From a virus (Duplodnaviria > Caudoviricetes), in IMG/VR virus record IMGVR_UViG_3300030708_002798: DNA of 64,000 bases; one strand, written 5' to 3'. Shown in pieces: positions 18,417-26,444 of this stretch. The notes beneath the pieces were generated by a model that was not told where the DNA came from, ran no database searches, and was given only the letters and a program-made list of their open reading frames with translations. Position numbers and translations under genes: made by a program. How positions within the stretch are numbered: position 1 is the stretch's first letter; each line of letters starts with the position of its first letter.

Positions 18417-19712
18417 TCAACCTGTAAACTCACACATGATAATATCAATGTATTGAATCCTAAGGTTGATTGGACTTGTAGTTGTGGAATACCCACCATC
18501 ATCTTGTAATAGATGATCATGAGATTGTCCTCCACCAATAGCAGATGATGCTGGTCCTTGAGTATTTGCACCTCTCATAGTACCACCAGGTGTCAATGTT
18601 CTCTGTGTTACCCTGACAGATGTTGTCTGTGGATAACGTTGAACAACACGATACTGACGTGGTTGTCTATAAGATGCAGTGACTCTTTGAGGTACAGCAA
18701 CTCTGAATGGAATTTGAGATCTAACATCTCTTCTCTGTCTTACAGAGTATCTTACTCTAAAGGAGAATGGTCTTCTACTTCTAAAGTCTCTCCTCTGTCT
18801 TCTAGGTTGCGGTGATCTACCACTTCTAGGTTGACGGAAAGATCTTCTCTGACGGAAAGAACGTGGTTGTCTTGCCTGTCTACGTTGTCTCCAACCTACA
18901 GGGTTTCTCCATGATCTTCTCTGTCTAAATGGGAATCTATCTCTTTGCCTTCTACGTCTTCTTCCCCATCTTCTCCTTCTTCTTCTTGGAGCTCTTCTAT
19001 CACCTCTATTACTACCTCTATTATCTCTTGGTTGTCTAAAAGGAATAGGTCTTCTCCACCTACCAATATCAGCACGGAAACTAATAGGTCTTCTAGATCT
19101 AACAGGTACTCTAAAGTTGAATGGAAGTCTTACATTAAATGGTCTTCTAGATCTTGCCTGCCTTCTTTGTCTAGCATTTCTAGGTTGTCTGACTCTAAAT
19201 GGGTTTCTAGATCTATTTGACTGACGATATGTTCGTGGTTGTCTAATTTGTCTGGGTTGTCTGAATTGAATCTGAACACGAATGTTCTGACCAACTCTTC
19301 GTGCTGCTCTAACAGCATATGATCTAGGTTGTCTATTTTCAGTACGGAATGGACTTGTACCAGCAGATGATCGAATTGTTTCTGCACTACCACCACCATG
19401 CGTATGTGATGGTAATTGTTGAACAGTTAATGTTGTTGGATCAACATTTACATCTGCAAATTCTCCTTGAGTTACATCAAATGTACCTGTAGTAGGGAAG
19501 ATACTACTAAATGTTCCATTTCCTCCAGTACCACCACCAGATCCAGTTACAACTCTCAGTGATTTATTAGTATGATCAACAACTTTTGTCCATCCGACAG
19601 GTGTTGTGTTCTGATAAAAGAACATCCTTCTATCTTCTGGAATAATACCAAATCTAGAATCTAAACTTGTATTATTACCAAAGTCAATGCCACTTGCGTT
19701 TAATCTTGACAT
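18417..19712 (-). CDS. Tail collar / HxH needle-type fibre protein with a ~250-aa arginine-rich insertion
   Basis: Paralogue of 19722..20249 at both ends (P.GWTK...LRVV.G.GGG; PTTLT.QQ.PSHTH; GGGQ.H.H; LR.QYID.I.C); residues ~121-372 are R/Q/P-rich. Confidence 0.75.
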   Translation of the reverse strand: MSRLNASGIDFGNNTSLDSRFGIIPEDRRMFFYQNTTPVGWTKVVDHTNKSLRVVTGSGGGTGGNGTFSSIFPTTGTFDVTQGEFADVNVDPTTLTVQQLPSHTHGGGSAETIRSSAGTSPFRTENRQPRSYAVRAARRVGQNIRVQIQFRQPRQIRQPRTYRQSNRSRNPFRVRQPRNARQRRQARSRRPFNVRLPFNFRVPVRSRRPISFRADIGRWRRPIPFRQPRDNRGSNRGDRRAPRRRRRRWGRRRRRQRDRFPFRQRRSWRNPVGWRQRRQARQPRSFRQRRSFRQPRSGRSPQPRRQRRDFRSRRPFSFRVRYSVRQRRDVRSQIPFRVAVPQRVTASYRQPRQYRVVQRYPQTTSVRVTQRTLTPGGTMRGANTQGPASSAIGGGQSHDHLLQDDGGYSTTTSPINLRIQYIDIIMCEFTG

Positions 19713-19721
19713 TTATCCTCC

Positions 19722-20249
19722 TCAATTAAAACTGCAAAGAATAACATCAATATATTGAACCCTAAGATCCAAACTTCCACTGTATGGTGCAGGTGAACCT
19801 GAAAATGGGTGAGTGTGACCTTGACCACCACCAGCAGGACCAGTTGCAGGTGCTTGAGTATTTACTCTTCTACCCTGAACACCAGGAGATCCTGGACTAA
19901 CTGTTACAGAAGAACCAGCATTATGTGTATGTGAAGGAATTTGTTGTGTAGTTAATGTTGTTGGACCAACAGTACCACTAGCAGTAAATGTACCACTGAA
20001 AGGTCTAGTAGTCATAATGGTTGTGAAAGGTGATCCTCCAGGACCAGCAGTTCCACCAGAACCAAAACCACCACCAGTGCCACTAACAACTCTCAGTGCT
20101 TTATTATCATGAGTAGTTACTTTAGTCCAAAAATTAGGAGCAGTTGTTTCATAAAAGACCATGACACTATTTTGAGGAATAATGTCATATCTAGAATTTA
20201 GTTCCGTACCATCACTAAAATCGATACCACTAGCATCTAACCTTGCCAT
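19722..20249 (-). CDS. Tail collar / HxH needle-type short fibre protein
   Basis: TTLTTQQIPSHTH...GGGQGHTH...LRVQYIDVILC, typical of phage collar/needle tip proteins. Confidence 0.75.
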   Translation of the reverse strand: MARLDASGIDFSDGTELNSRYDIIPQNSVMVFYETTAPNFWTKVTTHDNKALRVVSGTGGGFGSGGTAGPGGSPFTTIMTTRPFSGTFTASGTVGPTTLTTQQIPSHTHNAGSSVTVSPGSPGVQGRRVNTQAPATGPAGGGQGHTHPFSGSPAPYSGSLDLRVQYIDVILCSFN

Positions 20250-20270
20250 ATTGCTCTAATCATTTATGTG

Positions 20271-20277
20271 TATTTAT
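20271..20277 (-). promoter_or_regulatory. T4-type late promoter
   Basis: ATAAATA directly upstream of the two needle genes. Confidence 0.55.
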
Positions 20278-20940
20278 TTATCCGATATTAAATGCAATAG
20301 ATATTCTTTCTTGCTTACTAAAATGTGGAGTTACATAATGTGCCAAACATGAAGGCATCAAATAAACAGTTCCAACTTTAGGTCGTATAGAATACTCACA
20401 GTTCTCATCAATTTCTGCATAGGCAACATTATGATTCATTGGATCTTGCCTTAAAACAGTGAAAACACCTTCGTTTTCTTTCAGATTATCAGGAACAGCA
20501 GGATAATATAGACCAATTATAGCACATCCAGGATGAGTATGATATACATTATATCCCATACCTTCATTGATATTGATCCACCAACCAATACCACCATCAT
20601 GAGGTCTCCATTCTGACCCATTTTCTTCCATCATATGTGCAGTAAGATCTACAACATTTCGTGCAAGATTCTGAATATGTGGAGTTGTATAAGGTTTGAT
20701 CTCATCAAGTTCATATGGATAACTTTGCCAACCACCTCCATGATTTGATTTTGTCACACCTCTAGGATACATTCTCCTCAAGTCATGACATTCTTCTACA
20801 ATACTTTCATTGTCAATATCTAGATCAAATTCATACAAATAAGTTGGAAATATGTTATTTGCTTCTTTATTCTTGATAGGTATTTCAGTAAAAAAGTTAT
20901 CACCGAAGTTACCATGATCTACTAACTTGTGTTCAGTCAT
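20278..20940 (-). CDS. 2OG-Fe(II) oxygenase (TIGR02466-like)
   Basis: SN.GGWQS, WININ...NVYHTHP, HYVTP...ERISIAFN. Confidence 0.8.
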   Translation of the reverse strand: MTEHKLVDHGNFGDNFFTEIPIKNKEANNIFPTYLYEFDLDIDNESIVEECHDLRRMYPRGVTKSNHGGGWQSYPYELDEIKPYTTPHIQNLARNVVDLTAHMMEENGSEWRPHDGGIGWWININEGMGYNVYHTHPGCAIIGLYYPAVPDNLKENEGVFTVLRQDPMNHNVAYAEIDENCEYSIRPKVGTVYLMPSCLAHYVTPHFSKQERISIAFNIG

Positions 20941-21682
20941 CGTCTTCGCAATCTGGATTTACAAAAAAGAATACTTGATTGATTCTATATTCAGCATTAC
21001 TCCAATGCTCCGCAAAATAATTCTCACCAGTTAAGTTCATGCTATGGTAGTAGAAACTTCCTTCAAACATAACAAATCGATTAAATTTTGATCGGAATGA
21101 TGCAAAAATATCCCAATATCTTTTAGGAGTCCATGGAATACCATGCTCATCTCTTACACCACCATTCTCATCTAATGGCAAAATATCAGGATTGTCTGTG
21201 ATAAGTGGTTTATATAGATTCGTTCCAATTTCTTCATTCTTAGTAAGATAGCAAATACCATTATATCCACTATCATGATGTGGCCACCAATAATGTGTTT
21301 TATATGGATTTGTTTCTTGATCTTCAGAGAATCTAGTATAATTTGTGACAATATCATTATCTGTCGGTTCTTGTCCGCACAGATCTGCTAACTTATCTGT
21401 AACATCTTCCATGCCAGGATGTGACATCATATGTCTACGATCTTCAAAATATAATGTATTTTTTGAAGTCTTTCCTGGATCCCATTCAGGTCCAAACTTC
21501 CAAAGTGGTGGAGTAAATGAATTGATATATTCAAACACATCATCAGGATGTTTATAGAAATTGTCCATCCAATATAGATTTGATACTTTATCCCCGTCAT
21601 AAATTGGGATGACTTTCATGTTTGAAAAATCATTAGTTTCAAACAATTCATGTTCAGTTCTTGGGGTAGATTTCAATTTCAT
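20933..21682 (-). CDS. 2OG-Fe(II) oxygenase-like protein (DUF6445-like)
   Basis: DNFYKHPD, WPHHDS..NGICYL...GTNLY, KFNRFVMF...HSM...RINQVFF. Confidence 0.7.
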   Translation of the reverse strand: MKLKSTPRTEHELFETNDFSNMKVIPIYDGDKVSNLYWMDNFYKHPDDVFEYINSFTPPLWKFGPEWDPGKTSKNTLYFEDRRHMMSHPGMEDVTDKLADLCGQEPTDNDIVTNYTRFSEDQETNPYKTHYWWPHHDSGYNGICYLTKNEEIGTNLYKPLITDNPDILPLDENGGVRDEHGIPWTPKRYWDIFASFRSKFNRFVMFEGSFYYHSMNLTGENYFAEHWSNAEYRINQVFFFVNPDCEDDD

Positions 21683-22254
21683 AAAAACATTTCCTCTATT
21701 TTCTTATTGTCAAGGCAGAAACCAAATACCCACAAAATTCTTGGAGTATTGCCATATGTTGGAGTAACTTCATGATGAACTTCAGATACTTGATAAATCA
21801 AAAGATCTGTAGGATTTATATCATTATATTTTACACCACCAATAACAGTATGTCCACCCCTATCTGCCTGCTGCGTAATGGCATTGAAGTGAACAGTTTT
21901 TGTATTGGGATAGTATGTAGGATCAATATGATTATCTATTCTTCCACCATTATATCCAATTCCATTTACAATACCTTGACTGTATGATGGAGGATGATTG
22001 TAATCTTCTAAGTGAAAGTAATTGACAATTCTTTGTCTGACAATTTGTGCAGCATTAGGATAATCTATATGAGGAGCAACTGATTCGTTTGGAAATCGAG
22101 TTGTAAATCTAGTACCAGGATTATCTGGATCCATATTAGCATCCTCAAAGAAATCTCGATGACAATTATCGAGAGTCCATTTGTTTAGTTTATTAACATC
22201 TTTCTCAAACAAAAAATTTCTAAGAACAAGAACCTTAGACATCATTTGTTGCAT
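21679..22254 (-). CDS. 2OG-Fe(II) oxygenase
   Basis: NHID, GGHT, HHEVTP..G..PRILWVFGF. Confidence 0.75.
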   Translation of the reverse strand: MQQMMSKVLVLRNFLFEKDVNKLNKWTLDNCHRDFFEDANMDPDNPGTRFTTRFPNESVAPHIDYPNAAQIVRQRIVNYFHLEDYNHPPSYSQGIVNGIGYNGGRIDNHIDPTYYPNTKTVHFNAITQQADRGGHTVIGGVKYNDINPTDLLIYQVSEVHHEVTPTYGNTPRILWVFGFCLDNKKIEEMFL

Positions 22255-22912
22255 ACTCAGAGTATTCTGCGTCTATACTATTTTCTTCTTCAAAATTCAT
22301 AGCACCATATTCTGCTGCCATATTAAATGACAAAATCACTCGATCAACATTACTGGTATTTGGTGCAGTATAATGCAGAACATATGATGGGAAGATGATT
22401 AGTGATCCTTCTCTGATTCCAGGTGGAACAAAATTTGTAACCTGATCATCCGCAACATTAGGATTCATGAATACTGTGGGTGTATGATACTTGGGATCAA
22501 ACTGAATGAAACATACAGCACTGAAACCTTCTACACCATGATTATGAACAGAGTGCTGCTTTCCCTTTTTTGCTTTCTCAAACCATGTAGTAGAAACTTC
22601 AATGGCACATTCAAAAGTATCAGATAAAGTCTCTAGTTCTTCTCTAAAAATATCAGTGATTACATCACTATAATCAATATCATTGTCATAGTTGTAATGA
22701 TAATCAGTCTCTACATCATGACTCTCTTCTTTTCCACATGCAATCTTAAATTTATCACGTTGTTCTTTTCTGCTCTCATACATCAGAACAAGTTGTCGTT
22801 TTTTCTTTTCCCAATTATTCACTTTTAAGTGAAAAAGTGGAGTAGAAAACATTGGGATAAGATAGTCTTCACTACCTTCTGGTGGATCAACGTAAAGATC
22901 AAAGGTTGACAT
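22235..22912 (-). CDS. 2OG-Fe(II) oxygenase (TIGR02466-like)
   Basis: HSVHNHG..GFSAV, EGSLIIFPSYVLHY..PN...RVILSFN. Confidence 0.8.
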   Translation of the reverse strand: MSTFDLYVDPPEGSEDYLIPMFSTPLFHLKVNNWEKKKRQLVLMYESRKEQRDKFKIACGKEESHDVETDYHYNYDNDIDYSDVITDIFREELETLSDTFECAIEVSTTWFEKAKKGKQHSVHNHGVEGFSAVCFIQFDPKYHTPTVFMNPNVADDQVTNFVPPGIREGSLIIFPSYVLHYTAPNTSNVDRVILSFNMAAEYGAMNFEEENSIDAEYSEYATNDV

Positions 22913-22915
22913 AAC

Positions 22916-23143
22916 TTACTTTTTCAGTGATTTTTCGTACTTCTGTTGCAATTTTAACACTGCTTTTAGTGCGGTGTCAAATTTTCGGTAAATTTTACCT
23001 GATGGTTGTCCTTTAATGATTGTGGTATATTTTACTGCCTTTCCTGCCATAGGAATCACAACAAAGTTTCCATCATCAGAACAATACTGATCCCGATATT
23101 GATTAAGATCAAGAACGGATGAGTTAGTATATGTATACTTCAT
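22916..23143 (-). CDS. Hypothetical basic protein
   Basis: 75-aa ORF in operon. Confidence 0.6.
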   Translation of the reverse strand: MKYTYTNSSVLDLNQYRDQYCSDDGNFVVIPMAGKAVKYTTIIKGQPSGKIYRKFDTALKAVLKLQQKYEKSLKK

Positions 23144-23146
23144 AGA

Positions 23147-24388
23147 TCAACGTTTGATTACAGAAACAGCAGCATCACCTTGTTCAAACACAATGTCAAC
23201 AACATTCTGAATCTTTTGTGCAGTCTGGATACCCACTTTGTTGTAGGTAGGGATGCAAACCAGACCGAAAGATTTGGTGTACTGGTCAAGTTTACCAGGA
23301 ATAATGCTGCCATTGCGAAGACCAGCAGCATCATCTTTGTGCAGTCGAATCACACGTCCAATGGTCTGACTGATACCGATGTAGTCCATAGACCGCATGA
23401 AGATAACAGCATTAAGACCAGAGACATTGATACCTTCAGACAAGATGCTGTGGTGCAGAACAACAAACTTTTTGTCGTCATCCTTTCCCCAGTCACTCAG
23501 AGTCTGAAAGAAAACCTCACGATTGACCTTGCGACCATCAATCACAGCACCAGTCTTGGCAGTGATATACATGTAAGAATAACCGCGGATCTCCAGTTGG
23601 AAACAGAAGTCAGACTCACCAATCAGGTTGACAATGTTCTTAGTGGACTTGGAGCAGATCAGTGCTTTGTCTGCACCAGTCTCATCAATAGTTTTGATCA
23701 GGTGAGTAGAATCCCGTGCAGGAACATCAGCAAACATATCTGCATTGTCCAGTTCATTGACAACAACCTTGGGAGGAATGATGAATCCACCGTTGATAAG
23801 TTCAGGAGCAGGAACCTGACAGATCACATCACCATAGACCTCACGATCATTCATGCCAGGTTTCATCACCGTAGCAGAGTGTTTCGGAGTCGCAGTAAAG
23901 AAATAGCAACGATCAGCATCATGACTGAAAAACTCAGTAGGAGGAAAGAAGTTGCGGGTGACAGAGTTGTGAGATTCATCAAAGTAAATGGTATTGACTT
24001 CAATATCTGCCTGCTGAACTTTGTGCAGAGAGTGATAAGTGGTGAAGATAATGCAAGAGTCACCAGCAGTCCGTGCAACATTAGCAAAGAGGTGAATCTT
24101 TTCTGCTTTGGTGCTGCTGAAGTGCTGAGTCTCACCACTGTGAACGTGCATGATGTGGACGTTCTTGGTCTCGATCAGTTCCAGAAACTCAGAGCACAGT
24201 TGCTCTGCCAGTAGGATGCGAGGAGCAACCACTACAAGGGTCTGTGGTGCTTCTTCGAGACCTTGGATGGCATCTTGGATCATGCAGATGGTTTTGCCAC
24301 CACCAGTAGGGATGATGACCTGTCCCTTGCTGTTCTCAGACATTGCATCGACAGCACGTTGTTGATGAGGACGAAGAGTGATGGTCAA
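23147..24388 (-). CDS. SF2 DExH helicase (type III restriction Res-subunit-like)
   Basis: LRPHQ (Q motif), PTGGGKT (Walker A), FDESH (Walker B), TATP, LSEGIN, QTIGRVIR; TTG start. Confidence 0.9.
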   Translation of the reverse strand: MTITLRPHQQRAVDAMSENSKGQVIIPTGGGKTICMIQDAIQGLEEAPQTLVVVAPRILLAEQLCSEFLELIETKNVHIMHVHSGETQHFSSTKAEKIHLFANVARTAGDSCIIFTTYHSLHKVQQADIEVNTIYFDESHNSVTRNFFPPTEFFSHDADRCYFFTATPKHSATVMKPGMNDREVYGDVICQVPAPELINGGFIIPPKVVVNELDNADMFADVPARDSTHLIKTIDETGADKALICSKSTKNIVNLIGESDFCFQLEIRGYSYMYITAKTGAVIDGRKVNREVFFQTLSDWGKDDDKKFVVLHHSILSEGINVSGLNAVIFMRSMDYIGISQTIGRVIRLHKDDAAGLRNGSIIPGKLDQYTKSFGLVCIPTYNKVGIQTAQKIQNVVDIVFEQGDAAVSVIKR

Positions 24389-24469
24389 GTGATTTCCGTG
24401 TCGATGAACATAATATAAAGCACCCTGACCCGTAAGTCAAGGTGCATGTGACAATTCCCAAACTGGTTG
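24389..24469 (-). promoter_or_regulatory. Early promoter cassette copy with near-consensus -35/-10
   Basis: ACCAGTTT...AATTGTCACA ... TTGACT ... TATATT upstream of the helicase. Confidence 0.65.
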
Positions 24470-24472
24470 GGG

Positions 24473-24637
24473 TCAGATCATTTTAATCGTTTCTTGTTGT
24501 TTGAAATATAATTTAATATAAGTCTTTAGCATATTTTGGAGAACTTCGACATCATCAATCTTATCAACATCTCTTGACAACTTCTCATACTCAAAGGATT
24601 TTGAGGGGGTGGTCAATGATATTTTAGATGGGTCCAT
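24473..24637 (-). CDS. NblA-like small protein (54 aa), putative phycobilisome-degradation adaptor
   Basis: Hand translation MDPSKISLTTPSKSFEYEKLSRDVDKIDDVEVLQNMLKTYIKLYFKQQETIKMI; AGGAG RBS and own promoter; pattern LT...FE.E..SR.ID...D.E.L....K recalls marine Synechococcus NblA. Confidence 0.5.
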   Translation of the reverse strand: MDPSKISLTTPSKSFEYEKLSRDVDKIDDVEVLQNMLKTYIKLYFKQQETIKMI

Positions 24638-24665
24638 GAAAATACTCCTATGCTATTACATCAGA

Positions 24666-24694
24666 AGTATATAGATGAGTCTCACCTTTGTCAA
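24666..24694 (-). promoter_or_regulatory. Sigma70-type promoter for the NblA-like gene
   Basis: TTGACA-N17-TATACT. Confidence 0.8.
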
Positions 24695-26364
24695 CTAATT
24701 AGAATAAATGGAGCCGTTGTTACCTTTGCAAGTTTTGATTTGTTGTTATTTGATTTGAACTCCTTGACAAATGCCTCCTCAGTTAGTACACCTTTCTGTT
24801 TTGAATGGAAAACCTTGGATCCCTTCTTAGACATTAAACCATATAATGTTAAAGAAATCTGCTTTTTGAAGTATTTCTTAAGGTCTGCACCTTGTCTAGT
24901 ATACATCCAAAGTCCCTGAGCATGAACATAGTCATTCTGTAAGGTCTTGGGAACACCAGTAACCTTCATATTATCTTTATCAATGGTTCCCATAGCACCA
25001 TGAGGACTGGTCAAACTCTTGTTCTTACATAGTTTAGACACTGCTATTCTATACTCTTGGAAGGAATCTTTCGGATTTCCTGTAGCATTGTCATATTTCT
25101 TACAGAACTCCTTAATTATATTATTATCAGCAGCATCATAGAGCACTAATACGTCTTTATTCACCATATTCAATGCTTTTCTATACTCTGCGTTCAAAGT
25201 TTTGGGTACTTTCTTACTATCAACTGCGAAATCAAATCCTTTCTTTCTAAGACCTTTAACTTCACGAACCATCTGATTGTATCGTGGGTATCGTTTTAAG
25301 ATTGGTAGTGTAATTGCATAGGAAGCACCACCCACGAATCCCATTTGTCCCTGCTCAGCAGCATTAAATCCAGATCTACCAATCTGTAGATTTATCTTTG
25401 CAATTTTATCTGAGATGTCTACTGCTTTATAGTTGAATTTATAATTGACAGCAAAGACTGCTCTAGGTTCTGTAGGTAAAATCTCAACGACTTCTACCAT
25501 TTCATCGATAAGTTTATATAATTCTGCACGATTCTCAATCGTCTCAACTCTTGCAAGAAACTCTGTATATGGATCTAGATTTAACTGTAAGTCACCACTA
25601 GCACCAGCAATAGTACCTACAATCTTAAGATCTGCTTTTCTATTTGATGGAACTTTCTTCAACGAAATACCCATCATATCTTTATTACTGAAATGTTTAT
25701 TAGTCAGGGTTCTAAAAGTATTCTGACCAGTAGTACCATGAGCAAGATTATTAAGTATGTCCATATCAGATACATCATTACCAAAAATTTTATCTTCGTA
25801 TTCTTTAAGAATTGCATTTTGCTTTGACTTCTTAACTAGAATAATATCAATAGACGAAAGAATATCTGCACCAACACTCTTTGGTAGGTTCAATGCTTCC
25901 ATTGTACGTTTCAATGATTCATCTTTTACTGAAATCATAAACTGTGATGCTTGATCATGAACAACATATTGATTCAAACTACCAACTATTGAATTGGTTT
26001 TCAATGACTCAGCAGTAGAATACGCAGATTTAATCTCAGCATCTAATCTTGTAGGTCCACCCTCAGGTGTAGAATGTCCCTTACCATCAGGAAAATCTTC
26101 TTTGAATTTTTTTAGACTATAACTATCACCAGAACCACTCTTCTCTAATGCTTTTCTTTCATTAGCATATATGTCTTTGATTCTTTTCAGATCAAATCCT
26201 GGTGCTAAATTGCCTTTGAGTTTTGTAAGACCAGTCTCATCATTATTAAAGTAATATTCACGAATAATCTCACTAAATTCTACAATGTTTGCAGAACTTT
26301 GATTATTACAAAAGTAACTAATGGCAGCACAAGTTATTGCTTCCCTTGGAGTAGTCTGAGCCAT
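24691..26364 (-). CDS. Large basic protein with possible PD-(D/E)XK nuclease core
   Basis: N-terminal EA helix, SSIDIILV and GISLKK motifs seen in restriction-like phage nucleases. Confidence 0.45.
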   Translation of the reverse strand: MAQTTPREAITCAAISYFCNNQSSANIVEFSEIIREYYFNNDETGLTKLKGNLAPGFDLKRIKDIYANERKALEKSGSGDSYSLKKFKEDFPDGKGHSTPEGGPTRLDAEIKSAYSTAESLKTNSIVGSLNQYVVHDQASQFMISVKDESLKRTMEALNLPKSVGADILSSIDIILVKKSKQNAILKEYEDKIFGNDVSDMDILNNLAHGTTGQNTFRTLTNKHFSNKDMMGISLKKVPSNRKADLKIVGTIAGASGDLQLNLDPYTEFLARVETIENRAELYKLIDEMVEVVEILPTEPRAVFAVNYKFNYKAVDISDKIAKINLQIGRSGFNAAEQGQMGFVGGASYAITLPILKRYPRYNQMVREVKGLRKKGFDFAVDSKKVPKTLNAEYRKALNMVNKDVLVLYDAADNNIIKEFCKKYDNATGNPKDSFQEYRIAVSKLCKNKSLTSPHGAMGTIDKDNMKVTGVPKTLQNDYVHAQGLWMYTRQGADLKKYFKKQISLTLYGLMSKKGSKVFHSKQKGVLTEEAFVKEFKSNNNKSKLAKVTTAPFILIS

Positions 26365-26415
26365 TAGTTACTCTGTATACTTAGCTATATTTATCCTATC
26401 AACCCTAACAAAGGT

Positions 26416-26444
26416 AGTCTACTCAAATTATGAGATCTTGTCAA
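26416..26444 (-). promoter_or_regulatory. Sigma70-type promoter, plus a late ATAAATA near 26388-26394
   Basis: TTGACA-N17-TAGACT upstream of 26364. Confidence 0.6.

Noticed and set aside
18597-19352. Arg-rich insert as a frameshift or wrong-frame artefact
   Set aside because: The frame is continuous from the conserved N-terminus to the conserved C-terminus, Arg codons are mixed, and alternative frames give only short ORFs.
23180-24214. 344-aa plus-strand ORF
   Set aside because: Antisense shadow of the helicase gene; no RBS, promoter or recognisable motif.
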